A stretch of DNA of 63,606 nt, filler included, from a bacterium (lineage in GTDB: Bacteria > JAMORN01), in NCBI GenBank assembly GCA_027063545.1. It is 15 parts of 15 records of this genome, joined end to end, with 100 filler letters (N's around TTAATTAATTAA, not from the genome) between each part and the next. Parts side by side here need not be neighbours in the genome. Positions count along the whole stretch, not along the records: positions 1 to 4,363 come from JAMORN010000221.1; positions 4,464 to 8,795 come from JAMORN010000222.1; positions 8,896 to 13,211 come from JAMORN010000223.1; 12 more parts are not named here. One strand, given 5' to 3'. The position numbers and the translations under genes are program-made. Positions 1-9,708 of this stretch are shown here, in pieces (positions within the stretch are counted from its first letter, which is position 1; each line of letters opens with the position of its first letter). The notes beneath the pieces are model-generated. The model was not told the origin of the DNA. It worked only from the letters and a program-made list of their open reading frames with translations, and made no database searches.

Positions 1-761
1 ACCCCTGCATTTAAAAACGCTCGCCCTATTCTTTTATCAAGTCCTATTCCTTCTGCTACTTGTTCAATATCTGCTCCTGTCTTTTCACATAAATCTGCTA
101 CCATATTTATATAAGATATCTTCATTGCTAAAAATGAATTAGCAGCATGTTTTATTATTTCTGCAGTAGCTATATTAACAAATACCTTTGGTACATCAAA
201 GGGTTTATATAATTCCTCAAAAATTTTTTTTGCTCTTTCTGTTTCAACTCCTATAACAATTCTATCAGGATTCATAAAATCATATACTGCTGAACCTTCT
301 CTTAAAAACTCAGGATTTGAAGCTACATCAAAATCTATATCCTTTTTTAAATATCTTCTTATTACTCTTTCTACCCATTTATGGGTATTTACAGGTACAG
401 TTGACTTTTCTATAACTAACTTATAGGATTCCATATTTTCAGCGATTTGTCTAGCTGCCTCCTCTATTTGAGAAAGATCAGCCCTACCATCCTCACCTTG
501 AGGGGTTCCTACACATAAAAATATTATATCACTAAAGTTTATCCCTTCTTTTATATTAGAAGAAAACCTTAATCTTCCATTTTCAACATTTTTCTTTAAC
601 ATTTCATCCAAACCAGGTTCATAAATTGTTGATACTCCTTTAGATAATTTATTAACTTTATTCTCATCTATTTCTATACACATTACTTCATTACCTAAAT
701 CGGCAAAACAAGTAGCTGTTACAAGACCAACATAACCTGCTCCTACAACCGTAATTCTCAT
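1..761 (-). CDS. ugd: UDP-glucose/GDP-mannose 6-dehydrogenase (3' end outside window)
   Basis: Manual translation from ATG at 761 gives MRITVVGAGYVGLVTATCFADLGN (Rossmann fold), then CVGTP, EKSTVPV, SNPEFLREG and AEIIKHAANSFLAMKISY. GGAGAG RBS upstream. Missing from the ORF track because it runs off the window edge. Confidence 0.93.
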   Translation of the reverse strand, partial: MRITVVGAGYVGLVTATCFADLGNEVMCIEIDENKVNKLSKGVSTIYEPGLDEMLKKNVENGRLRFSSNIKEGINFSDIIFLCVGTPQGEDGRADLSQIEEAARQIAENMESYKLVIEKSTVPVNTHKWVERVIRRYLKKDIDFDVASNPEFLREGSAVYDFMNPDRIVIGVETERAKKIFEELYKPFDVPKVFVNIATAEIIKHAANSFLAMKISYINMVADLCEKTGADIEQVAEGIGLDKRIGRAFLNAG

Positions 762-847
762 AGTATGCTCTCCAATTTTCGTATTTAACCATTTTACTTA
801 GAATAATAATAAAAAAAAATAAAAAAAAAAATATGAAATTAAAAGAA

Positions 848-1783
848 TTATTTTTCCTTGATAGGAATTAAATTTAAACTCTTGACCATTTCATAATCTT
901 CATCTTGAGTTCTACCAATGGTAGTTAGATAATTTCCTGTCATTATTCCATCCGCGCCTGTTAAAACTGCTAAAGACGGAGAATGTTTAAAGACTAAACT
1001 TCTACCTCCACATATTCTAATATGCTTATCCCTTAAAATTATTCTATATATCATTATAATCTTAACAGCCTCGAATGTAGATAAAGGTATCCTATCTTCT
1101 AAAGGAGTCCCCTTTATTGGATGAAGAAAATTAATAGGAACAGAATCTACTTCCAAACTTTTTAAAGTATACGCCATAGATATTCTATCTTCCCAGGTTT
1201 CTCCTAATCCAAAAATTCCACCACTACAAACCTTAAGTCCACTACTTTTAGCATTTTCAATTGTTTTTACTCTATCTTCAAAAGGGTGAGTTGTTACAAT
1301 TTTAGGATAAAATTCTTTTGATGTCTCTAAATTATGATGATATTGATATAATCCACTATCTTTTAGTAACTTTAATTGTTCAATTGTTAAACTTCCCAAG
1401 GAAGCACATATATTCTTTCTTTCTTTATTTGATAATAAAGTTATATATCTAGCTATTTCTTGTATTAAACTATCTGGCTGTTTATGGCCACTTATTACTA
1501 TACTATAGTTTGAAACAAAATCAGAAAGTTTATTAAAATTTTCTTCAATTTTATAATAATCCAATAATCTATATTTATTTATAGTAGCCTTACTTACCCT
1601 AGATTGAGCACAAAAAGCGCAATCTTCACTACAATATCCACTTTTAGCATTTATTATTGTACAAAAAATTATATTATTGTTAAAAAACTTTTCTCTTATC
1701 TCTAAAACATATTTATTGTAAGATAGTAATTCCCCCCATGTTTTTGCTTTTATTATTTTTTCAATTAACTCTTTTTCTTTCAT
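848..1783 (-). CDS. bioB: Biotin synthase (radical SAM)
   Basis: NAKSGYCSEDCAFCAQS CxxxCxxC motif, YHHNLETS, VCSGGIFGLGE, SVPINFL, GNYLTT. Confidence 0.95.
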   Translation of the reverse strand: MKEKELIEKIIKAKTWGELLSYNKYVLEIREKFFNNNIIFCTIINAKSGYCSEDCAFCAQSRVSKATINKYRLLDYYKIEENFNKLSDFVSNYSIVISGHKQPDSLIQEIARYITLLSNKERKNICASLGSLTIEQLKLLKDSGLYQYHHNLETSKEFYPKIVTTHPFEDRVKTIENAKSSGLKVCSGGIFGLGETWEDRISMAYTLKSLEVDSVPINFLHPIKGTPLEDRIPLSTFEAVKIIMIYRIILRDKHIRICGGRSLVFKHSPSLAVLTGADGIMTGNYLTTIGRTQDEDYEMVKSLNLIPIKEK

Positions 1784-1950
1784 ATTATTATCACTAATTT
1801 TATTATTTTTATTATGAATTTTTGTTTAAAATAAAAAATTAAAAAAATATATCAAAGAGTTAGATATATCTCTTTTAATTACATAAAATAATTTTTTATT
1901 TTTTCATTAATAATAAAAAAATAAACTGAAAGAAAAATTGGAGGGGACAA

Positions 1951-2217
1951 ATGGAAATTGAAATAAGACAATTAACAGAAGAAGAAAAGAAAAAAATGGG
2001 TATAGATTCTTGGCCAATATGGGAAAAAGAAGTATCTAGATTTGATTGGTATTATGATGAAGATGAGTATTGTTATATATTAGAAGGTAGAGTTATTATT
2101 GAAACAGAAGATGGTAAAAAATACGAAATAAAAAAAGGTGATTTTGTAAAATTCCCTAAAGGCTTAAAATGTATTTGGGATATAAAAGAACCTATAAGAA
2201 AACATTATAATTTTTAA
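1951..2217 (+). CDS. Cupin_3/DUF861 (EutQ-like) small cupin protein
   Basis: WPIWEKEVSRFDWYYD..EYCYILEGRV..GDFVKFPKG..W pattern; strong GGAGGGG RBS. Confidence 0.85.
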   Translation: MEIEIRQLTEEEKKKMGIDSWPIWEKEVSRFDWYYDEDEYCYILEGRVIIETEDGKKYEIKKGDFVKFPKGLKCIWDIKEPIRKHYNF

Positions 2218-2229
2218 ATAATATTTTTT

Positions 2230-4363
2230 TTATATTTTTTTTATTGTTATTATATAGGTATTATGTTTGAAAATTAGCGGATATTGTTGGAGATATTTAT
2301 TTATTTTTCTTTTATTGAATGTTTTTATATTGTCTTTCCATTTTTTATAAAATAAATAACCATATATTTCATCACCAATATATATTATTATGTTCTCTTT
2401 GCCTAATAAAAGATATTTGTCAATATTATAAATACTATTTTTATCAAGAATTAAAAAAGCATTTTTATATCTTTTTTCTATAGTATTAGCAATTACTATA
2501 TTAGGATCTATATAGCCTAAGGAATAGAGAATTTTATAATATTCTTTATTATATTTTATAGTACTATCAAAATCATTATTAACAAAAAAAGGAAAATAAT
2601 AATTAAACTTAATATATAGTGTATCAAACCATAAGCCTTTATCTAATACTAGATAATATTTATTAGTGTCAATATTTTCTATTGTTTGAATAATTGACCA
2701 ACTACCATTTTCAAACTTAATAAAAGTAGGTTTTTCTTTTAAGTTTAAAACAAAAATTAAATTATAATTTAGATTTAATTTCATATACATAGAGTCTATA
2801 TTATAGTCAAAATAAAATTCTAAATTCTTATATATATAAACTAACTCTTTAAGGCTATAATTATCTAAATAATTATTTATTAACAACATAATAAATTCCC
2901 TATAAGTATCAAAGAAGTTCCAATTCCAGTATTTATTTGTATTATCATTTTTAATATCTGATGTTAACTTTTTCATATCTAAATCTAAAGTTTCTCCATT
3001 TTCTAAATAAATAAAGTTAATTCTCCAACTAAAAGTTAATTTCTTGCTTTTTAAGTTTTTTAATAATGTATTTGAGAATTTTCGATCTTTTTTATAAAAT
3101 ACTCTAAGATAATAGTAATTTATTATCCAATCAAAATATATATACTCACTTTTCCCTTGAAATAAATAGTAATATTCTCTATAATAGTCTTCTAAAAGTT
3201 TATAATCCTTTGACTTATATGCAAATACAATAATATGCTTATAATCACCAATTAAGTCTTTACTTGTATTTCTTCCTTTATCAAAATCTATTGCTTTTAT
3301 AAAATATTCTCTCGCTTTTGAATAGTTATTTTTTCTATAGTATATCCATCCTTTATTTATATAATATAGACTTTTCTTATAAGATAATTCTTTATATGAA
3401 GAAATTAAATATAGTATGCTATCATTATAATTATTACTCATTTCTATTTCATTTGTAGATAAGTAATAATAAACTTTAAGATTAAAATATGAGAGTTTAT
3501 TTTTTATATTCTCTATTTTCATAGAATCTAAAATCATTAATATATATCTAAGAGAATCTATATCACTAGAAAAAATAAAAAGTTGACCTTTATATAGATA
3601 AAAAAGTTGCTTATAATAATTAATTTGAGTTAACTTGTTATCTTTTAGGGTGTTTCTAACCTTCTCTAAAAATACTTTAGCACTATCAAAGTCGCCTATC
3701 TTTGAATATAATCCAACTAAAGAAAAATTAACCTTTATATAATCATCTATTTTTAATATAGAATCCTTTAATAAATTAAAATATATCTTTTTAGCTGGAG
3801 CTATTAGACCTAAATTATCCAAATAAATTCCTGCTTGAAAATAGTTAAGTTTAAGATATTTATTATAATCACCTATCTCTTTAGATATAGCTGTACTCTT
3901 TTCTGCATACTCTATAACTTTCTCATAATTTCCTATTAAAGAATATATCGTTGCTAAATTATAGGCGGCTAAAGCTTGTAATTTTTTATTATTTAATTTT
4001 ATACCCATATTATAAGCATCTTGATAGTAAAATATAGCTTTTGTTGGTAGAAACATCTCTTTAGCTATTTTACCTAACAAAAGAGCTATTTTTACTCTAT
4101 ATATAGTATCCTTTTTTGTCTTACATTTTGATAAAGAATCATATAACATACTTCCTATTTTTAAAGCTTTGCTGTAATCCTTATTTAAAAAATAAGACTT
4201 TGTAAGATTATATCTAATAATAAAATCATAGTCTTTTTCTTTATTTAAAAAATGCATTAAATTCTCTGCCTGTAATAATTTTCTTATAGAAATTCTATAT
4301 TCTTTTTGTTTAATCTGATAAAAAATACCTGCTTTTATCAACTTTTTTAACTTTTCTTCTCCC
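2230..4363 (-). CDS. Large tetratricopeptide-repeat protein (likely 5'-truncated)
   Basis: Repeated TPR-like helices (YNLATIYSLIGNYEKVIEYAEKS; YINKGWIYYRKNNYSKAREYFIKAI). The frame is open to the contig edge at 4363. Confidence 0.7.
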
Positions 4364-4463
4364 NNNNNNNNNNNNNNNNNNNNNNNNNNNNNNNNNNNNN
4401 NNNNNNNTTAATTAATTAANNNNNNNNNNNNNNNNNNNNNNNNNNNNNNNNNNNNNNNNNNNN
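4364..4463. other. Artificial contig-joining spacer, first of 14 (others start at 8796, 13212, 17623, 22032, 26043, 30409, 34762, 39110, 43413, 47694, 51951, 56170, 60364)
   Basis: 44 N + TTAATTAATTAA (stops in all six frames) + 44 N, identical each time; flanking genes are cut mid-frame. Confidence 0.99.
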
Positions 4464-4615
4464 AAAATCCCATACTTTTTCAAAGCCTTAGAATAAGCAA
4501 TAGAACCTATTATATCCTCTCTATAAAGCCTTCTATCAAATGAAATAGACTCATTAAATCTTTCCATTAAACTACTCTCACCCTTCTTAAACCTTCCATC
4601 CCACATTTTTCCCAT
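4464..4615 (-). CDS. argH: Argininosuccinate lyase, N-terminal fragment
   Basis: MGKMWDGRF...FNESISFDRRLYREDIIGSIAYSKAL; AGGAG RBS; cut by spacer. Confidence 0.9.
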
Positions 4616-4650
4616 AAAAATTATTCTCCTTTAATTATTTTAAAGATATA

Positions 4651-6078
4651 TTAAGAATCATCATCTCCACTATTTAAATTTTGAAGATCTTCTAGTAAAT
4701 TACTAAAAGAATCATCATCTTGATTCAACTGATTATCCACCTCTATAAACTGAGATTTTAATTTCTCTATTTTATCCTCTATCATATAACTACTTTGCTT
4801 AATCATATTTTCTCTATCATTACAAGTTTGTTCTATTTTAACAATATCCTCTTCGGTATATATTGGAATAATAAATTCAAATGTTGTACCTTTATTTTTC
4901 CCTTCACTAACAGCCCAAATTTCTCCATTCATTAAATTAACAAGATTTTTTACTAAGGTTAATCCCAAACCAATACCTTTACTTCCAAACTCTAAATCTC
5001 TTGAAGAATGGGTTGCTATAATATTTTCAGAAACCTCTGCCTCATAAAATTTATTAAATATTTTTTCCAAATATATCTTTTCTATTCCAATTCCTGTATC
5101 TTTTACATAAATATTCACAAATTCTCTATTTTTCTTTATAGTTTTTCTTATACCTACTGTTATTGTCCCTCCATCAGAAGTAAATTTAACAGCATTTGAA
5201 AGAAGTTGATGCATAATTTTTGTAAGAATAAGTTTATCAAAATAAGTTATAATACTATTTTCTTTTACTTCAAAAACTAAATTTAAATCTCTAAAATTTT
5301 TAACCTTATTAAAGAAGTTCTGAGATACCATCTTTACAAACTTTACAATATCATCTTTTTCATATTTTACATTAAAACAATCCTTTTCTAAATTATTTAT
5401 ATCAACAATCTCATCCATTACATCTTTTATTCTGTTAATAATATTTTCTATTTTTCCAATAATATCTTTCTGTAATTCTTTATATTCTTCTCCTTTATCT
5501 ATAGTTGTTTTTAAAACATCTATATAATTTATTAAACTAAAAAGAGGTGTTCTAATCTCATGAGATATTATTCCTATAATATTCTCTTTTATACGCTCTA
5601 TTCGAGTATATAAATCTCCATAATATTTCTTAACTTCCATTTGAAAACGAAGATTTGCATGAATATTAGCAAGCTTTTCTCTTGCATCTTCTAACATTGA
5701 TTCATATACCTTTATTTTATTTTTTAGTATCTTATTTTCTTGAATAATTGTTGAATTCATCTCATCCAGTTTTATTACCCTAACTTGAATATAAGAAATC
5801 AACTTTATTAATAGTTTTAAATCTATCTTATCCTGATCAATAATTGTTACACCTCTATCCTTTAGCTGTTTTAATTTATCTTCGACTTTTGAAATTAAAA
5901 TTTCATTTCTCACATAATATATTAATCCATAAATAAAAACATACACACTTATAGAAGCAGAAATTACTTGAAGAATATCATTAATTTCTGGAGATAAATA
6001 GCTAGATAATCCATAATAAACTATTTCAAAAGCAGCCAAAAATAATACAACTATTATATAACTCTTCTTAAAAAACAT
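4651..6078 (-). CDS. Membrane-anchored sensor histidine kinase (2 TM, coiled coil, HisKA, HATPase)
   Basis: H-box ISHEIRTPL, N-box QLLSNAVKFT, G1 DTGIGI, G2 GIGLGL. Confidence 0.93.
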   Translation of the reverse strand: MFFKKSYIIVVLFLAAFEIVYYGLSSYLSPEINDILQVISASISVYVFIYGLIYYVRNEILISKVEDKLKQLKDRGVTIIDQDKIDLKLLIKLISYIQVRVIKLDEMNSTIIQENKILKNKIKVYESMLEDAREKLANIHANLRFQMEVKKYYGDLYTRIERIKENIIGIISHEIRTPLFSLINYIDVLKTTIDKGEEYKELQKDIIGKIENIINRIKDVMDEIVDINNLEKDCFNVKYEKDDIVKFVKMVSQNFFNKVKNFRDLNLVFEVKENSIITYFDKLILTKIMHQLLSNAVKFTSDGGTITVGIRKTIKKNREFVNIYVKDTGIGIEKIYLEKIFNKFYEAEVSENIIATHSSRDLEFGSKGIGLGLTLVKNLVNLMNGEIWAVSEGKNKGTTFEFIIPIYTEEDIVKIEQTCNDRENMIKQSSYMIEDKIEKLKSQFIEVDNQLNQDDDSFSNLLEDLQNLNSGDDDS

Positions 6079-7816
6079 ATAAAAGTTCCAATTGTAGTCT
6101 ATATTTATCTAAATAAAAATTTTCTCCTATTGTGTAAACAATATTTATTATACTTTTTCCTTTAATTTTATCTAATAAAAAATCTTTATTAAATCCTATA
6201 CAATCAATATAATATTTTTTATTCCTAATTTTCAATTTTAAATGTCTTTCTCCAACAATTTTTGGTTCATCTTCTACTAATACATTTCTTGATAAAAAAA
6301 GAGGTTTTCTATTCCCAATTCCAAAAGGTTCAAATCTTTTATATATCTTATAAAATCTATCATCTATTTCGTCTATATTCAAATCGTAATCCACTTTTAT
6401 TTTTGATATACTAATATCATAATTTTTTAAAGAATCTTTTATAATATTCTTTAAACTTTCTTTAAATATTGGAAACAAATTCTTTTTTACTCTAACGCCT
6501 ACTGCATAGGAATGTCCTCCAAAATACTCTAAACTATTAGAAAGTTTTTTCATTATATTATATATATCAAAACCTTCTATACTTCTTCCAGAACCTATAT
6601 ACATATCATTTACAGGTGAAAATATAAAAACGGGAATATTATATTCTTCACTAAGTCTTGAAGCTATACTACTATTTATCCCTATATGTCCATAATCTAA
6701 ATTTAATATTATAAACTTTTCTTCTTCTATATTTAAATTTTCCAACTCTTTTTTTACTTTTTCATATATTTTTTTTTGTAATGATACACGCTTATTATAC
6801 ACTTTTTTTACCTCAATAAATTTCTCTTTTAATTTTTCTTCATTATTCTCCAGTAGTAAATCAACACTCTCTGATGCATGAGAAATCCTACCTGGAGCAT
6901 TTAAAAAAGGAACTATCTTAAATATTATCTCTCGTATTTGATTACCTGATATAAATATATCTTCTAATCCTCCTCTATTTATATAAGAATTTTTTCCAAA
7001 AAATTTTTCTTTTATTAATTTCAAACTCTTCTCTTCTGTTTGTTTTAATTGTTTTATCCCTTCAATTACTATCTTTCTATTCTCATCAAGCAAAGGTACA
7101 TAATCTGCTAATGTTCCTAATGCAACGTACTCTAATAAATAATTTGATTTCATTTCTTTATTCAACAGTTTATATATAACCTGTAATAACTTATAAGCAA
7201 CTATTACTCCTGAAATTTCCTTATAGGGATATTGACTCTCCTTTAATTTAGGATTTATTACAATAGTATCCTTTGGTAATTTCTTTTCATCAATATTATG
7301 ATGATCTGTTATTATTATATCTATTCCTAAAGATTTTGCATATTCTACTTCCTCTTTTGAAGAAATTCCATTATCTACTGTTAAAATTAGATCTATATTT
7401 TTTTCATTTACTAACTTAGAAATTGCTTCTTTATTTAATCCATAACCTTCCTCTATTCTGCTGGGTATATAATAATCTAAATAAAAGCCTAAATTTTCCA
7501 AACCCTTTTTTAAAACAACAATGGAGGTAATCCCATCTACATCATAGTCACCATAAATTAAAACATTCTTTCCTTGTTTTAAATAATCTATTAATTTTAA
7601 CGCCCCTTCCTTTATATTAGGTAATAAAAAAGGATTATAAAATTCAAAACTCTCTGGTACTAAAAATTTTTTTATCCTTTCTTCATCTATTAATCCCCTT
7701 TGATAAAGAAGATAACTCAAAGATAAAGGGAGCCTAAATCTTCTTGATATCTCTACAACTTTTTCATTTAATTCTAATCCTAAAATCTCAAAAATAATAT
7801 TGTCTACCTTTATCAT
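6068..7816 (-). CDS. recJ: Single-stranded-DNA-specific exonuclease RecJ
   Basis: YGDYDVDG, TVDNG, ITDHH, GSGRS, GGH, EPFGIGN motifs. Confidence 0.95.
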   Translation of the reverse strand: MIKVDNIIFEILGLELNEKVVEISRRFRLPLSLSYLLYQRGLIDEERIKKFLVPESFEFYNPFLLPNIKEGALKLIDYLKQGKNVLIYGDYDVDGITSIVVLKKGLENLGFYLDYYIPSRIEEGYGLNKEAISKLVNEKNIDLILTVDNGISSKEEVEYAKSLGIDIIITDHHNIDEKKLPKDTIVINPKLKESQYPYKEISGVIVAYKLLQVIYKLLNKEMKSNYLLEYVALGTLADYVPLLDENRKIVIEGIKQLKQTEEKSLKLIKEKFFGKNSYINRGGLEDIFISGNQIREIIFKIVPFLNAPGRISHASESVDLLLENNEEKLKEKFIEVKKVYNKRVSLQKKIYEKVKKELENLNIEEEKFIILNLDYGHIGINSSIASRLSEEYNIPVFIFSPVNDMYIGSGRSIEGFDIYNIMKKLSNSLEYFGGHSYAVGVRVKKNLFPIFKESLKNIIKDSLKNYDISISKIKVDYDLNIDEIDDRFYKIYKRFEPFGIGNRKPLFLSRNVLVEDEPKIVGERHLKLKIRNKKYYIDCIGFNKDFLLDKIKGKSIINIVYTIGENFYLDKYRLQLELLYVF

Positions 7817-7835
7817 ATTAATAAACTTAAAAATA

Positions 7836-8438
7836 TTAAAATAATTCGCTTTCTATTATCTTTTTTAAATTAATTAAAGCCCTTGCTCTATGAGAAATTG
7901 AATTTTTCTCCTCTAAACTCATCTCTGCATAAGTTTTTCCTTTTTCATCTACATAAAAAATAGGATCATATCCAAAACCTTCAGTTCCTATTTTTTCTGT
8001 GGTAATATGGCCTTCATTTGCTCCTTCTGCTACAAATTCTCTTCCATCTGGAAAAACTAAGGCTACAATAGTCTTAAAAACTGCCTTTCTTTTATCCCAT
8101 TCAACCCCTTCTAATTCTTTTAAAAGTTTATTTACATTATCTTCATAAGTAGCATTCTCTCCCGCATATCTAGCTGAATAAACACCAGGAGCCCCTCCTA
8201 AATACTCAACCTCCAAGCCTGTATCATCAGACAAAGCTGGCATATTGAAAAACTTCGATATCTCTCTTGCTTTTTTTAACGCATTTTCTAAAAGAGTCTT
8301 TCCATCTTCTATTACTTCTGGAAACCCTTTAAAATCATCTAACGTTAAAAATTCTATATCCATATCCTTAAAAACATTCTTTATCTCTTTAATCTTATCT
8401 CTATTTCTTGTTGCTAAAACTATTTTTAATTTTGCCAT
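7836..8438 (-). CDS. rdgB: dITP/XTP pyrophosphatase (Ham1 family)
   Basis: ATRNRDK, DDTGL, PGVYSARYAG, GFGYDPIF, KNSISHR. Confidence 0.95.
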   Translation of the reverse strand: MAKLKIVLATRNRDKIKEIKNVFKDMDIEFLTLDDFKGFPEVIEDGKTLLENALKKAREISKFFNMPALSDDTGLEVEYLGGAPGVYSARYAGENATYEDNVNKLLKELEGVEWDKRKAVFKTIVALVFPDGREFVAEGANEGHITTEKIGTEGFGYDPIFYVDEKGKTYAEMSLEEKNSISHRARALINLKKIIESELF

Positions 8439-8470
8439 TTTCCTACTCCTTATTTTTTCCTCAATTTAAT

Positions 8471-8795
8471 CTACTTATGATAATTTCCACCTTTTATCAT
8501 ATCTAAAACCCTATATAATTGTTCCACTAAAAGAAGTCTTGCTATTTCATGAGAAAAAGTCATTCTAGAAAGACTCAATTTTAAATCTATCCTTTTATCA
8601 TTTATATTTATAAACCTCTCAAATCCATCATGATCACCTATAAAAAATATCAATCTCTTAACTACTGTTAGTTTTCTTTCTATAAAGATTTTAAATTCTT
8701 CTGTGGAAAATTCTTTACCAAACTCAGTACATACTATTATATAGTCACCTTCCTTCTTTCCATTTAAATAATCAATAAATTTATTTTTATGTGAT
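8471..8795 (-). CDS. rlmH: 23S rRNA pseudouridine-1915 N3-methyltransferase (5'-truncated)
   Basis: FFIG..G, LSLSRMTFSHEIARLLLVEQLYR..GGNYHK C-terminus; frame open to the contig edge. Confidence 0.92.
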
Positions 8796-8895
8796 NNNNN
8801 NNNNNNNNNNNNNNNNNNNNNNNNNNNNNNNNNNNNNNNTTAATTAATTAANNNNNNNNNNNNNNNNNNNNNNNNNNNNNNNNNNNNNNNNNNNN

Positions 8896-9356
8896 ATGAT
8901 AATTCTGAAATTCCTCTATTGCTATTAGTTGATGTAGAAAAGGTTAGGGATATACATCCATATTATAATGTCAAAACTGCTCCAACTCTTTTAATCTTAG
9001 ATGGAAATAAAGCTATAACTATGATAAAAGGCTGTAATGATATAGATTTTTATAAATCTTTATTAAGGAAAAGAAAAAAAGTATTTCAAAACGAAACAGA
9101 AGATGAGAATAAAAGATTTCCTGATATAGTTGTATATACAACCACTCATTGTCCATGGTGTAAAAGATTAAAAGCTCATTTAGATAAATATGGTATTCCA
9201 TATAGAGAAATAAACTTAGATCATGAGCCTCATATGGCTGAAGAGCTTGTAAGACAAACAGGACATACGGGTACACCTCAAGCAAATATAGGCGGAGAAT
9301 GGGTAATTGGATTTGATAAACAGAAAATAAATAAACTATTAAATCTACCTGAATAA
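8896..9356 (+). CDS. Thioredoxin-fold + glutaredoxin (NrdH/YruB-like) fusion, 5'-truncated
   Basis: Second half of a Trx fold (VDVEKVRDIHPYYNVKTAPTLL) followed by a Grx domain (YTTTHCPWC, GHTGTPQ, IGFD); frame open to the contig edge. Confidence 0.85.
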
Positions 9357-9371
9357 AAAGGAGGGGTAATT

Positions 9372-9659
9372 ATGAAGGAACTTGTACCTGTTAATGGAAA
9401 TGTTATACTAAAAGTTGAAGAAGAAGCTGAGAAAAAAACAGCTGCAGGAATCATACTTCCAGATACTGCAAAGGAAAAACCTACATATGGTAAAGTAATT
9501 GCTGTTGACAAAAGTGATGACGATATTCAAGTAAGTGTAGGCGATAAAGTTATCTTTAAAAAATATTCTGGTACTGAGATAGAAATTGATGGAGAAAAAT
9601 ATTTAATTCTACCATATTCTGATATTCTTGCTAAAATTGTAGAAACAGAAGAAATATAG
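9372..9659 (+). CDS. groES: Co-chaperonin GroES (Cpn10), not followed by groEL
   Basis: KTAAGIILPDTAKEKP mobile loop, VGDKV, YSGTEI..DGEKYLI..DILA; AGGAGG RBS. Confidence 0.93.
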   Translation: MKELVPVNGNVILKVEEEAEKKTAAGIILPDTAKEKPTYGKVIAVDKSDDDIQVSVGDKVIFKKYSGTEIEIDGEKYLILPYSDILAKIVETEEI

Positions 9660-9668
9660 TCAACTTTT

Positions 9669-9708
9669 ACCCCCTCCTATTATAACTTATAACTTAATAG
9701 GAGGGGGT
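9669..9708. terminator. Probable bidirectional intrinsic terminator between convergent groES and gltX
   Basis: Perfect 14-bp inverted repeat ACCCCCTCCTATTA / TAATAGGAGGGGGT with a 12-nt loop. Confidence 0.8.

Noticed and set aside
848-1783. BioB with Ser at the first [2Fe-2S] ligand position (YSIV) as a novel variant
   Set aside because: Ser at this position is a known, common BioB variant; the other ligands are present.
4408-4419. Recurrent TTAATTAATTAA palindrome every ~4.3 kb, as a possible repeat element
   Set aside because: Always centred in N-runs; it is a six-frame stop linker added during concatenation.
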